A stretch of DNA of 64,000 bases. It comes from Chiloscyllium plagiosum (lineage: Eukaryota). The stretch is taken from positions 17,348,179 through 17,412,178 of the forward strand of contig NC_057720.1 of NCBI RefSeq assembly GCF_004010195.1, read 5' to 3'. The notes beneath the pieces were generated by a model. The model searched no databases, was not told the DNA's origin, and saw only the letters and a program-made list of their open reading frames with translations. Of this stretch, positions 1-12,644 are shown one piece after another. Every line of letters begins with the position of its first letter. Position 1 is the first letter of the stretch. The position numbers were made by a program, and so were the translations under genes.

Positions 1-49
1 CACCTCATAGCTGAACTGACTCTTTAAATGCAAGTCGCTCAGCTCACAC

Positions 50-292
50 CAACCCTCCAAAGAGCAACCTACCCAAACCCACCCTATCCCTGTAACCCTC
101 CATTTCCCAACTCTAATTTAGCATGGCCAACCCAGCAAACCTGAACAGATTTGTATTGTGGGAGGAAACTGGAGCAGCTGGCAGAAACTCATTTAGACAC
201 AGGGATAATGTGCAGACAGTCATAGTGGAATTGAAACCAAGTCCCTGGTGCTGTGAGGCAGCAGTGTTAACCACTGAGCTACCATGCCATCC
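50..292 (-). mobile_element. Old V-SINE (HE1-like, tRNA-derived)
   Basis: Degenerate reverse complement of the SINE at 25694-26006 (A-box-like GGCATGGTAGCTCAGTGGTTAAC, B-box-like GGTTTCAATTCC, V-domain TTTCCTCCCACAA). Confidence 0.75.
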
Positions 293-536
293 TAAAGAGT
301 GGTTCTCAGACTCCCCTAAGCTGCACATTGACCAGTGGAAAAACGTGTCTGGGAAAACATAAATGAGCATACGAAAGGGCCTTACTTGGAGGACCTCAAG
401 CTTACAAAGAGATACAATGTAAACAGGGGGTAAAGGGTCCATCTGGGACTACATTAGGATATTTAAGGAGGACGTGGATAAGGGTTAAGAGCAGCCAATG
501 TAATGAATGCGCAGTGGCGATTAAATTTCCTCCACT

Positions 537-886
537 GCCTGGCCAAAGTGGCCTTAAACAGGTCCAGGCAGCAAGGTAAAAACAATGACTGCAGATGCTG
601 GAAACCAGATTCTGGATTAGTGGTGCTGGGCAGTTCCAGGCAGCAGGCTGTGGACGGGGTCCTTAGGGCCGACTGTCTGCCCCTCTTCTGCAGTTACGTT
701 AGAGCCCGGGTGTCTCTGGAGAAGGAGCACACAGTCTCCACCAACACCTTTGAGCTGTTCAGGGAGAGGTGGGCGGCGCAGGGAGTGGAGTGCATTATTT
801 CCCCCTCCAGCTCTATTTTTGATTTAACCCCCGCCGTTCACCTTCACCTTCACCTTCACCGTTTGATCTCCCACCATGAAAAAAAA
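537..886 (+). mobile_element. 5'-truncated L1/Tx1-clade LINE 3' end, interrupted by a Penelope-derived fragment (574-634)
   Basis: Translation LAKVALNRSRQQ/AVDGVLRADCLPLFCSYVRARVSLEKEH...FRERW resembles a Tx1-type ORF2 C-terminus; (CCTTCA)n and A-rich tail; 15-bp TSD TAAATTT(C/T)CTCCACT at 522-536 and 887-901; inner insert flanked by TCCAGGCAGCA (563-573, 635-645). Confidence 0.7.
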
Positions 887-959
887 TAAATTTTCTCCAC
901 TACAGGGAATAGGAAACGAGTCATAACTCTCACCAGAAAGTTCGGGAAAGAATTGTGGC

Positions 960-1220
960 CACATCCCTAACGGGATTGGGAAGAGGCGGGGCTTCAAGGA
1001 GGCTGCCCGCCCCGCACACCTAGAAACGGGCGCTCCGAGCCGCGCGCGAGCGTTTGGTTCGTGGTGCGCGAGGCGTCGGGGGGGAGGGTTGCGAGCCTGA
1101 GCGTTGAACGGTGGCTGCGCGCGCGGGTGTGGCCGCTTTAAACTTGAAGGTCAGTGAAAGCAACAGGTAACCAGGTCAGAATAGAGCCGGCAGGAGCATT
1201 CCTGTAGCAGGCGGGAGAAA
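960..1220 (+). promoter_or_regulatory. brdt: CpG-rich promoter and probable non-coding first exon of brdt
   Basis: The only non-repeat CpG-dense stretch upstream of the coding exons. TAACGG (MYB) 968-973, ATTGG (reverse CCAAT) 975-979, GC box 983-992, TTTAAA/CTTGAA (CHR-like) 1137-1148, GGCGGGA 1210-1216. Candidate donors AAG|GTCAGT (GT 1150) and CAG|GTAACC (GT 1167). The link to brdt is inferred. Confidence 0.6.
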
Positions 1221-1999
1221 AATGCAAGGGCTTAAAAAGAAATTCACCTACACACAGCTGGGATTGTAACGTCTGTGCAAACACTTTGATTGTGTTGTTC
1301 CAAGGCTCTTGTTTACATATTAGAGTCAGTGTTTAAAGTGGGCTTAAAGATGTAATTTTAAGAAAACACGTTTTGGGAGGGAGAGCCAAGTTATAGCTCG
1401 GAGGGAAGAGGTAAAATAAATTGCCATTTATTTTATCGAGAACAGATGCAAATAAGTTCGCGTTAACAGGACCGTTTCGTTATTTCTATGGGTGCAATTG
1501 TTTTAACTAGGTGAATGAACTGCCTAAAATACAACAAAGTCTATTTGTTCTTTTAAAATGTGATTGTCTAATAGATTTTTGAATTATCAGGAACTTCTTG
1601 CCGGTATTTTTTCCGCTATGTCGACACCGGTTTAAACTAGATAATTCATTGTCAACAAAAGTTTAAAGCATGTCAGCAAGAAGCTTCTGCTAACTCGAAT
1701 ATGATTAGACAAATTTTAAAATACAGGGCGCGGTTTTCTTATTGGGCAGTCACTTGTCTGGTTATAAAGTTGTACGGTCCCACAAATTAGATTCCGCCTG
1801 CCACTCACTTACAAATTTTGTCCGGTTACGCATGTCGCCGAACAATCCCTGGACTAATTTTGTGAAAGGAGGAGAACTACCAATGAAATCTTCTGTGACC
1901 ACTATGTTATGCACCATGTTCGCGTATATATTTTTCAAAATATTATAGCAAAAGGTTGAAGGAGGAAAAGGGCCCATTAGAGACTCAGAAGGGATTTAC

Positions 2000-4775
2000 A
2001 CATGAAAATAGGGTGCATTGCTGAGATGTAAAGTGAAAGTTTTACAGTTGGCTTTTCAGAAGAGGGGGATGCTGCCCAGACCATGATGACAAAGGAGGAA
2101 ATTGTCACTGGAAGGGTTCAAAGTCTAATAAGGCAAAAGTCTGGTATAGATTGTTGCTTAAAATTGACAAATATATCCAAGGGTTTTGAAGCAAGTAAAG
2201 ATATGTGTTGCAGTGGCACCTTTTGAATCCGTCCTGGAGTCAGGAGGTGCCAGAAGACTTTAGAATTGCAAATACATGGACTTAAGGAAGATTGTCAGGA
2301 TATTCCCAATAATTACAAACACGTCAGTTTAACTTTGGAGAAACTTCTGGAAACAATTATTTGAGGTAGAATTAGTAATGTGGAAAAATGTGGGTTAAGG
2401 AAGAGACAGCATGGATTTTTAAAGGCAAACTTATTTTTAACTAACTTACTAAATAGGTAACAGAAAGGAATGAAGGTAATGATGTGGTTGGTATATGTGG
2501 ATTTCCAGGATGTTTAACAGTTCCACACAACAGACCTATGAAAGATATAGATCCTAGAATAAAAAGGACAGTAACAACTTGGACACATGACTGGATGAGT
2601 GTTAGGAAATAGCTGGAGGAAGGTTTGTGGTGGAATTCTCCTAGAGTCAGTATTGTGCCTCTCTCCTCCTGAATATATAGGATCTTAAGGGGGAAAATGC
2701 AGATGACATGAAACTTGGAAAATTGTAAACTGAAAGGATGACAGTAAAAGGATGTGAACAAGTTGGTGGAATCGGTGGATAAGTGGCAGATGAGGTTTAG
2801 TGTAGAGGTGTGCAAGGTGATGCACCTTTTAGTAGGAAAAACATTGAAAGACAGCACAAAATGGGTGGAGGAGTAGAACAACCTAGATCCATATATTCAG
2901 ATGACTATCACCTGATAGTGTTTCCAAATAAACCCGTTGGACTATAAAGTTGATTTTTTTCAACTAGATCCATGTATGTACAGACCATTGAAGGTGGCAG
3001 GACAGGTGGAAACAGCAGTTAATGAAGCATAGTGTATAACAGGAAGCAGAGAGTAGGAAAAAGGTCTTTTTCAGGTTGGCAGGATGTTGAGTGGTGTGCC
3101 ACAGTGGTTGGTGCTGAGGCCTCAACTGTTTACAATTTAAATTAATGTTTTGGATGAATGGATTAAGATATTTTTAATAAATTTGCTGATTACCCAAAGA
3201 TGAGTAGGAAAGTGAGTTGAGGATATAAGGAGCCTACAAAGGGATCTTGATACACTAAGTGAATGGACAAAGAACTGGCAATGTGCTATCTGGAAAAGTG
3301 CAGAATTGTCCATTTTGGCAGAAAGAATATAAAAGCAAATCTAAATAGATGATGTAGAGATCAGGTATCCTGGTGCAAAAAGCATAGAAGGCTAGTATGC
3401 AGGTACAAGTAATCAGGAAAACTAATAGAATGTTATGGCTTATTGTAAAGGAAATTGAATGCAAGAGTAGGGGGGTTATGCTTCTGTTATATGGAGCACT
3501 TATGAGATTGTAACAGAAGTATTGTGTACTGTACAGGTTAGCATACTTGCAGGAGGATGTTCATGTGTTTTGAGTTGAGAGAAAGTTTAATAGACTAATA
3601 CCTGGAACAGGAAGATTGCCTTATGAGGAAAGGCTCAACAAGCTCGACCTGTATCCTCTGGGGTTTAGAAGGGTTAGAGGTGACTTAATCGAAATGTATA
3701 AGATTCTGAGAGAACTTGACTGGTTCGATGTTTCCTCTTGTGGGAGAATCTAGAACTAGGGATCATGTTTTAAATGGTTACCCTGTTAGTTTTAAACTAT
3801 GAGGAAAAAATTTTTCTGAGCGAGCTTTGAGAAGATTTATAGCTCAAACTTACATCCATTTTTCCTGAGGTTGAGTCTTTGGTATCCCCTATCTCAAAAG
3901 GTAGTGGGTGCGGAATCTTCAAATATTTTTAAGGCAGAGTTAGGCAGGTTCTTGATTATCAGGGGAATTAAAGATTATAAGTGATTATAAGTGATATGCA
4001 GGAATGTGAAGTTGAGATTAAAATCTGATCAGGCAAGATCTTGTTGAATGGCTGAGTGACCTACTCTCATTCCTCATTTGAATGTCTCTTCAGCTTTATT
4101 AATAAGGACAGAATAAAAGAGCAATGAGGTGATGTTGAACTTGTATGAGATACTTGTAAGACCTAAAGATGAGAATGAGAAACTCATTTTCAACAATGAG
4201 TAGTTAGAGTATGGAGTGCACTGTCTGCAAATGTGGCGGAGGCAGGTTCAGTTGAGGAGTTCAACATGGCATTGGGTGATCACTATAGAACCGGGGGAGG
4301 GGGAGAAGCAAGGTTGTTAGTAGGTAGTGATGCTTGTTTGAAGATAGGCTAAATGGCTTTGTTCATCACCTTCACCATTCTGTGATTCTATTGTAAATTT
4401 TCTGCTATGCCTGCCTTTCTACAAAGGCACTCATCATGACCCATGTTATTCCCTCACCACAACTAGTGGGTACTAGATACTGAACAGGTGTTGCTAGATA
4501 AATATCAGTCATTGCTGTAAGAGGGTGTGAGAGAAGCTGAAAAGTTTCCAGGTGGATAAATCACCTGGACCTGATGGACTATCACAGGATTCTGAAAGAG
4601 ATAACTAAGGGTATTGGTAATGATTTTTCAGAAATCACTGGAGTCAGGGAGGTTTTCACATGATTAGAAAATGTAACATTCTCTTGTTTTAAGATGGGAG
4701 GGAGGCACAAGATAGGAAGCTGTAGGCTGTTTAGTCATTGGTAAGGTTTTAGAGTCCATTATTAAGGATGAGTCA
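2000..4775 (+). mobile_element. Nested, degraded CR1-clade LINE fragments
   Basis: Recognisable remnants of QHGF/LDFQKAFD/KFADD-type RT coding and CR1 3' tails, with many stops and indels. Confidence 0.7.
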
Positions 4776-5024
4776 CAAACCTAGAACATTAACACTATTT
4801 GTCTCTCCAGAGATAAGGCATGAGTGTCTGAAGATTTCAAGCATTTTTCTGCTTTTCAGATTTCTAGCATCTGTTCTATGTTTCTATTATACAGTGGCCT
4901 GTGTGTGCTATTATGTGACCTCTTTAGAATTGGATACTTTGGACTTCTTTCTTCCTTACCTTCATTGGCAAATATCTTCCAGGCTTGTACTCAACTGTCA
5001 TCCCACACTACATCTAATGTTTGA

Positions 5025-5340
5025 CTTTAGATTAGATTCCCTACAGTGCAGAAACAGGCCCTTCGGCCCAACAAGTCCACACCGACCCTCCGAAGAGTAA
5101 CCCACCCAGACCCATTTCCCTCTGACTAATGCACCTAACACTATGGGCAATTTAGCATGGCCAATTCACTTAACCTGTACATCTTTGGACTGTGGGAAGA
5201 AATTGGAGCACCCAGAGGAAACCCACACAGACACTGGGTGAATATGCAAACTCCACACAGATGGTCGCCTGAGACTGGGATCGAACCTGGGGCCCTGGTG
5301 CTGTGAGACAGCTGTGCTAACCACTGAGCCATCGTGCCAC
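5025..5340 (-). mobile_element. HE1-like V-SINE
   Basis: Reverse complement of tRNA-like head GGCACGATGGCTCAGTGGTTAGC, V-domain and (TAATC)n tail. Confidence 0.9.
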
Positions 5341-5452
5341 TTGTCATTTCCCTTTTGCTCATTCTTGTCTCTCGTTAAAATTACATGCCTCTTTCATTCC
5401 TTCTCAACCTCTCCAAGTAAGATTCTTAACAACTTGACTGTTTTTCTGACTC

Positions 5453-5583
5453 GGAGGAGAAAGTGAGGTCTGCAGATGCTGGAGATCAGAGCTGAAAATG
5501 TGTTGCTGGAAAATCGCAGCAGGTCAGGCAGCATCCAGGGAACAGGAGAATCGACGTTTCAGGCATAAGCCCTTCTTCAGGAA
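5453..5583 (-). mobile_element. Short Penelope-derived element with intact hammerhead ribozyme core
   Basis: Minus strand reads CTGAAGA-A-GGGC-TTAT-GCCT-GAAAC-GTC (about 5553-5580); 14-bp TSD TGTTTTTCTGACTC at 5439-5452 and 5584-5597; same sequence as the 3' end of the Penelope copy at 14424-14545. Confidence 0.8.
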
Positions 5584-8500
5584 TGTTTTTCTGACTCTGC
5601 TTTTTGACATTGTTTAAAGCTTCCATGTCCAATCACAGTCATTCAATTCAAATTTAATGTTATCTCTCACATTCTACCTCCATCAGCCCACTGATCTGTT
5701 ATTTCCACTTCAGTTTATCATTAAAACCTACTAATCTGAGCTCACTGATTATCTTCCAAGCTGCATCCTGTCATCTTGCTGCAACTCTCTTTCAAGTGAC
5801 TAGTTTCCACCTGGTCCATAATTTTAGTTGGAGTGATTTTCACTTTTATTGGTTCCACTCTTTACTTTTACTTTTCATTTGATTGGATTGACCATTTAGT
5901 TTCATTTGTAGTACCCTGTTTAGATTAAAGGACACTGTTTATTTGCATTTCAGGAATACTGGGTTACTCAGCCACCTTTTTGGTCCAAGTAGAGCAGTCC
6001 TAACATTCACCAATGACATAATGCCTACTTTGCTGGAAAATCTCTTAAATGTTGTCATCTATTCAGTAGCCATCGTGCTTAAGTTTGCAACTCAGTTGCA
6101 CAAATTGCATTACAAATGTTAGTAAATAAACATGATTTTCTCAAACAGTTGCATTTTTTTAATGTGTGACTATGAATAATTTGATTTCTGGACAGTTGCC
6201 AATTGCTGAAACTAACCAGTTTTATGTGTGTAATGGGATGATTTTTAAAAAAAGGTATTTATAGATTTCTACCTTTTCAATCTAAAGGAAATGGTTATTG
6301 TGTTTTCTGATAGCGACCTTCAATTCAATTCATAATTATTACACTACTTCATCTGGCATTGTTCGCACCGTTTTCCTGCTGAGAGATGGACTGTATGATA
6401 ATTCAGCTTGATTCTTTTTGTACCTTATTTGTGGTACACTGACCACAATCTTGCTGTTTTGAATGAGTAATCAAATTTATCAATTCATTGACTAAAATTC
6501 TAAATCATGTCATGTTTTGAGTAGTATGGTCTGTTTTTGAACATTAGAATAACCAATTGTATTTAAATACGGTGGGACTTTGAATGTCCACCTGCTACTT
6601 TGAAACTCTGGACTTGAATTCTTAATTACAGACTTGCAATACTTTATTGTCCAGACAAAACACTCAAAGTATAACTGCCTTTGGGGATAAAAATAATTGG
6701 ATGTATAGGAAAGGAACCTTGAAGGCTTTAGCATTTTGTGATTATCTCCTTTAATTTGGTTAATTTGAAACATGATTGTTCACGTTGCATTCTTACAGAA
6801 ACATTTACTTGTTAAATCTGTCCACAACTTATTGAAGGCTATTTCCTCAAACAAGGATTGGCTTCAAATTCCTTAAATTTAAGAGTAAAACTGCATTTGA
6901 ACCATAATGTATTGGTTAAATGTAGTAAATTGATTTTGAATAAATGTAACTGCCTATGCAGTTGAGTGGATCAAATGGTTTCCAAAAGTAGACTATTCCT
7001 GCTGGAGCACACCTATCAAACAAGACCTCAACATTAACCATATGGTTCTTCAGTAAAGTAGGAAGATGTGTGTTTGGTAAGTTGGGAGAATTTTGGATAG
7101 AGAGCAAGGCGTCCTTTTCTTGTTTAATCTCGCACTTGTGTGCACCAACTTGTAATATTAGAAGTTTTCAATATAAAACTTTCTAAAACTTTCTAATCTA
7201 ATTTTTTTTTATTTTTGTAAGGTAGGGATTTGTAACTTTTTTTTTCCAGGAAAAGTTGTTTAGGGATATCCTCAAAGCATCTTTGAAGAATTCAAACAAA
7301 ACTGACTCATGGTATCCCTGGCTTATGGCAACCAAGGTGGAGAATTCTGGAAGGCACCAATACCTTTAAAAGACTTTTTCTAGGTTAAGTATTGGAAGGG
7401 ATGCATAAGCCTCCCTACACCTTGCCAACTCAACCTTGCATGATCTATCTGCTCCACATCTGCAAGGTTTGAGACCACTTGGATTTATCAGTCACATAGG
7501 TCCCATCAAACTGGAATGGAAGAAAGTTATTCTTGATCCCAAAGCATTGTCGAAGGCAAAGTTTAATTGGTTAAGTCAAATGTTTAAGAATCCTAAATCA
7601 AGCAACTGAGTTACTCACGTGAGGTCTCTCTAGCACTCTCTCTGCTACACATGCACGCGCGCACGTAATTGTTTTGATTTACATTAGTGTTAGATGCAGG
7701 AGAATGTGACTAAACCAGACAGATATGATGCAGCAGTGATGCTGAGCTCTTGCTGTTATCCAATCTGTGTGAAAAAGATTAAAAGACTGAGGGACAACGA
7801 GCAAGTTGACTGTGGCATTGTGCTGCAGGATACTACTTCAAATTAGGGGAACATGTACGTATCTGGTAGTTGTAGTGAGCAGTATATTATGGCAGTTAAT
7901 TTATGTATTCAGGTTGTGCTGCCTGCCCAGTATTGTGGTTATTGGCATTCTCTTGTGATCGGAATGGGAGGGAGAGGATCTTATTGTTGTGATCCATGAT
8001 CTAGGTAGAACTAAACATTAAGTTCTGCTGAAGCAGTTTGAAGTGTAAGAGTAAAACTTGAAAAGCAGTGCATGAAAGATGGTAATTTGAATTACTGTAT
8101 GAATCAATTTGGTCTAGGGACAAACAGATTTAAATCTATGGCTGAAAGAATGATATGAGCCAGAGCTTTCAATTCACTAGACAATGGTACCAGGCTTAGG
8201 AAAGAGTGAGCTTTTATGTGGAGCACTGTAGTTTTAGGGAGCATCAACTAATGTCAAAAGACATGGCTTTTTTTAAACACTGGTTTGCATGTGGAACACC
8301 GTTGCAGAGGAAGTGATGGATGTGGGTACAGTTACAACATCTAAAAGACATTTTTAGAAAAGTACATGAATTAAAAAAAAATGTTTGGAGGAATGTGGGC
8401 CAAGCACAGGCAGGTGGGTCTAGTTTAGTTTGGGATTGTGTTCAGCATTGATTAATTGGACTGAAGGGTCTGTTTCCATGCTGTATGACTCTAACTCTAT

Positions 8501-9534
8501 GTTGTTTGTTTTCAATAGGAGCAGAGTTTAATAATACGAATGAAAATCAGTTAAAGCTACATTCTGGAAAAATAGCCAAGAGTTAAGGGTGGTATATATG
8601 AATGTTCAAGGCATTGGTAACAAGATAGATGAACTAATGACACTTGATCTAGCAGTTGTATTGATCTGTTGGCTGGGAAACAAATAACACAGCATATTTC
8701 TTTCTCAGGAAAAAGAGGCACATGAGAAGGAAAGCTGTAGCACTGATGTTAAAGGCAATAATGAAAAGGAATTAAGAAATAACTAAGGATAGAAAATGGT
8801 TGTAGTTTACATGTCTCCTAACAGTAAGGCTTGTGCAGAATCAACAAATTAGAAACATGTAACTACGGCCATAAAGTAATCCCTGACTAACTTCAGTTGT
8901 CTCAATCAGACAAACGTGTAAATGTAATTTGGAGGAGCAATTGATTGAATGCATTCCCATGTGGTTTTCTAGAAAAGTGTTTTTAAAAAAAACCTGCGAA
9001 GGAGCAGTTTTTAATTTTGTTGCTGTTACTTAATGTGGCATGATTAATTGTAAGCTTTTATAATTTTCCTGGGAAAGTGATCATAATAAAAAAGTATCTA
9101 ATATTTGATTTTAGTTTTCAATCTACATCAGTAAACTTACTTAGTCCTGTGATTGGCTTTCTTTAACTTTCATGTCATGATGGTATATTAGCAATCGCAA
9201 ATGGTTCATTTCATATTCAGAATTTGTAACATACACTTCCTTAAAAGCTCCATTGGAAAAGTGGCTCAATTTTGCGATTGAGAAATTAAGTACCAGTTTG
9301 GATTAAACCAGTTGTTCATTTTGTCAAAAAAGCAAACGTCAAACTTGGAAGGGCTTTAAGTACCAAAAGGTTACCAAAAGTTTAATAAAGATAACACAAT
9401 GAGCGTGTAAGACTGAAAGAAATATAAAACATGATTATAAAAGCTTTAAAGTATGTATAAAATTGTTTAGTGGAAGTGAATGTGGTCCATTTTTAAAGAT
9501 TAACAGGAGAAATTATGCTTGCTTTAGTAGATAC

Positions 9535-12500
9535 ATTCGGAAGATGTGGGCCTTACTGGCTCATCATTTATTAACTATCCGTAGTTGCCCTTGAGAAGGT
9601 GGTTAACTGCCTTCCTGAACTCCTGCAATCCACCTACTGTGGCTTGACTCTCAATGCCCTTAAGGCAGTTCCATCCTTTTGACCCACTGACAGTGAAGAA
9701 ATGGTGATTTATTTCCAAGTCAGGATGGTGAGTGTGTTAAAGTACAGATTTGAGATGGCCCAGGGAATCCCTTATGGACTCTGACCTGTAAGCCTCTCTC
9801 TCTTAGTTCATCCTGGAGATTTGTACTCTTTGGAAGTCTGGAATAAAAAACCTGTTGCAGATAGATTAGTTTAATTTTAGTCATCCCCTTTATTTACCAA
9901 TAGCATCACTGTTACAACATAACACTGATACCTAGAAGCTAAACTAACAAGGTTCTAATAAACTTGGAGAGTAGGGTACCAGCTCTTTGAGTGTTCCAGC
10001 AGGCTACTCCAATGTACTGATGCAAAGTGGCTTCCTTTTATACAAAAATTTACAAAAACATTGCATGTTTTTAATTAGACAGATAACCGTGAAAGACAAT
10101 AATTTGTAAGGAAGAAAAGTTAATTGACAGCTCCGTGTATGCTTGACTGGTCACTCCTACAGGACCTAAGCCATTCATCAGGTGGGAAAAACTAACCAGC
10201 TGAGTTAGGTGCTTGCTAGCGAGATAAACTCCTGTCATAGAAGTGCCAGTCTGAGCTAATTGGAGAGTTCATAAGGTAACCTTGCAAAGCTCATACGTCT
10301 GATACAATTATTTTACAAAATGGCTTCTTAGCAAGGAGGGCAAACGTTTGACCATAAAATGGCGACCTGACACATTGTGCCAGAATCTCTTCAATGTTAG
10401 GCCTAGAATAATTTCTAAGCTAGGAGCAGACTCCTGCTTTTTAAGCACTGAATTATTCTGTACCTGAGGCTGAGATGTTACCGTAAAGTTGCATTTAAAC
10501 TGATTCATTAGTCTTCGAATTAAACATGCTTTCTTTTCAGGGTTGTGATTCAAAAAAAACACAAGATCTGATTAGTTAGAGTTGACAGTGGTGGGGGGTC
10601 TGTAGAGTGGTTTGCAAGAACAGCAACATTACCTTTTACAGAGTTTGTGTTTAATAACCAGTAATGGCTACTCAATATCATCCCAAAATGCAATTAAATT
10701 CAATCCATAGCAGGTAAGCACTAAGAGTTAATTTTCTACTGGCGTCAGCAGCCTCAGCACTGAAATGGTTTCTCTCTTTGTCCTTTTTTACTCTCAAGTC
10801 AGGGTCTTGTAACAGCGAAGATTTTTTTTGTGTCTGCCTCCGCTTGCAAGGGATAATAAGAATCCATTATAATTGACGGGATCTGACCGTTAATTACAAG
10901 GCTTTTGATAGCACAGAGTTTCGTTTCAGTGTCTGAATCAAACACTCTCATTAATTTCACGAGGGAAAAGCCGTGGATGTTATCACTTGGTGTCCTGTTT
11001 ACACAGATTCGCTGATGTTAAGGCAAATGTTCTTAATTGCCTTAGAGCGTTCTGTTATCACTTGGTGAGCACAGATGTTTTTATCTTCTACATTCCTTGA
11101 GTTCCCCCTTTTTTCTGAGCCTACCTGTCTGTCTGTGATCTAGTGTGCAGCAAATGTGTTCTATAATTCAGCATTACATTTTAGTCTAAATGCTTAAAGA
11201 CAGGTTTTAAGGCTATAGACTTTCTCAAGTGGCTTGGAGGGTGACTTATGGGTGGTGGTGTTCCTGTGTATCTGCTGCCCTTGTCCTTTGCGATGAAAGA
11301 GGTCTAAGTTTTGGAAGATAGTGACTGAGGATCTTTGTTAAATATTTGCACTGCTTCTTGTAGATAGCACGCAGTGTTGCTACTGGGCATCAGTGGTGGA
11401 AAGAGTGGATATTTGTGGAAATGGTGCCAATTGAATGAGCTGCTTCACTCTGGATGGTGTCAAGCTTCTTGTGTTGTCGGGGAGTATTCCAACACACTCC
11501 TGATTTGCGCTTTGTAGATGATGCGCAGGCTTTGGGAGTTGGAGGTAAGTTACTTGCAGTATTCCTTACCTATGACCTTCTCTTGTGGCTACCATGTTTG
11601 TGGTGAATCCAGTTGAGTTTCTGGTCAATGATATTGATATTGGGGGATTTAGTGATAGTAACACCATTGATGTCAAAGGATGGTGGTTAGGTTGTCTCTT
11701 ATTGGAAATGGACATAGCCTGGCATTTGTGTGTATGAGTGTGACTTAACCACTTGGCAGGCCGAGCCTGGATATTGTCCAGATTTTGTGGCATTTGAACA
11801 TTGATTGCTTCAGTATCTGAGGAACTGCAAATGGTGCTGAACATGCTGAAATAAATCAGCAAATATTCCCACCCCTGGCCTTAGGGAAAGTTATTGAAGC
11901 AGTTGAAGATCATTGGGCCTAGGACACTACTGAGGAACTCTTGCAAAGATATTCTGGAGATGAGATGACTGACCTCCAACAACCAGGATCATTTTCCTGT
12001 CTGCCAGGTATGACTCCAAACAGCAAAATTTACCACTGATACCTATTGATTCCAGTTTTGCGAGGGCTCCTTGATGCCACACTCTGCAATCTTGATGTTA
12101 AGGGATGTCGCTGTCCCCTCACCTCTGGAAATCAGCTTTTTTTTCTTCTCTCCTCCATGTTTGAACCAAGGTTACAGTGAGGTCAGGAGCTGAGTGACGG
12201 TGACAGAATGCAAACTGGACATCTCTAGATTATTGCTTGATAGCTCTGATAACATCTTCCATCACTTCACTAATGATTGAGTAGACTGGATTGGATTTGT
12301 TCTGCTTTTTATATACAGAACACACCTGGGCAATTTTCTTGTGTAGATGCTAATGTTGTAAATGTTTGTGTGGGGCAAATTCTGAACACTTTTTCAGAAT
12401 TGCCAGAAGGTTGTCAGAGCTGATAGACTTTGCAGGATCCAGTGTCTCCAACTGTTTGTTATCACATGGACTGACTCAAATTGGCTGAAGACCAGTATCT

Positions 12501-12580
12501 GTAATGCTGGGGGACCACTGGAGGAGGCTGAGATGGACCATCAACTTTTGACCGAAGAGTTTTGTGAATGCTTCAGCCTT
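9535..12580 (-). mobile_element. CR1/L2-clade LINE 3' portion, split by a solo LTR at 9735-11227
   Basis: RT-like remnant LDNIQARPAKW (ORF 11566-11862); sequence is continuous across the LTR (CAGGATGGTGAGTG / GCTTGGAGGG); same family as 30455-31500. Confidence 0.75.
9735..11227 (-). mobile_element. Solo LTR (1,493 bp) of an ERV or LTR retrotransposon
   Basis: Starts TG and ends CA, with imperfect terminal inverted repeat (TGTTAAAGT / TGAGAAAGT); 4-bp TSD AGTG at 9731-9734 and 11228-11231; minus-strand TATAAAA (10036-10042) followed by AATAAA (9889-9894). Confidence 0.75.
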
Positions 12581-12644
12581 GTGCTAAACTAAGGGAACCA
12601 CCCTGTAGCTACCAACCAACCCAACCACCCTGTAGCTCAACATT

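Noticed and set aside
490..520. AGCCAATG and TGCGCAGTGGC resemble pieces of the U4 snRNA 5' end, near a Tx1-type insertion
   Set aside because: The two words are in the wrong order and the rest of U4 is absent; a CCAAT box or chance match is more likely.
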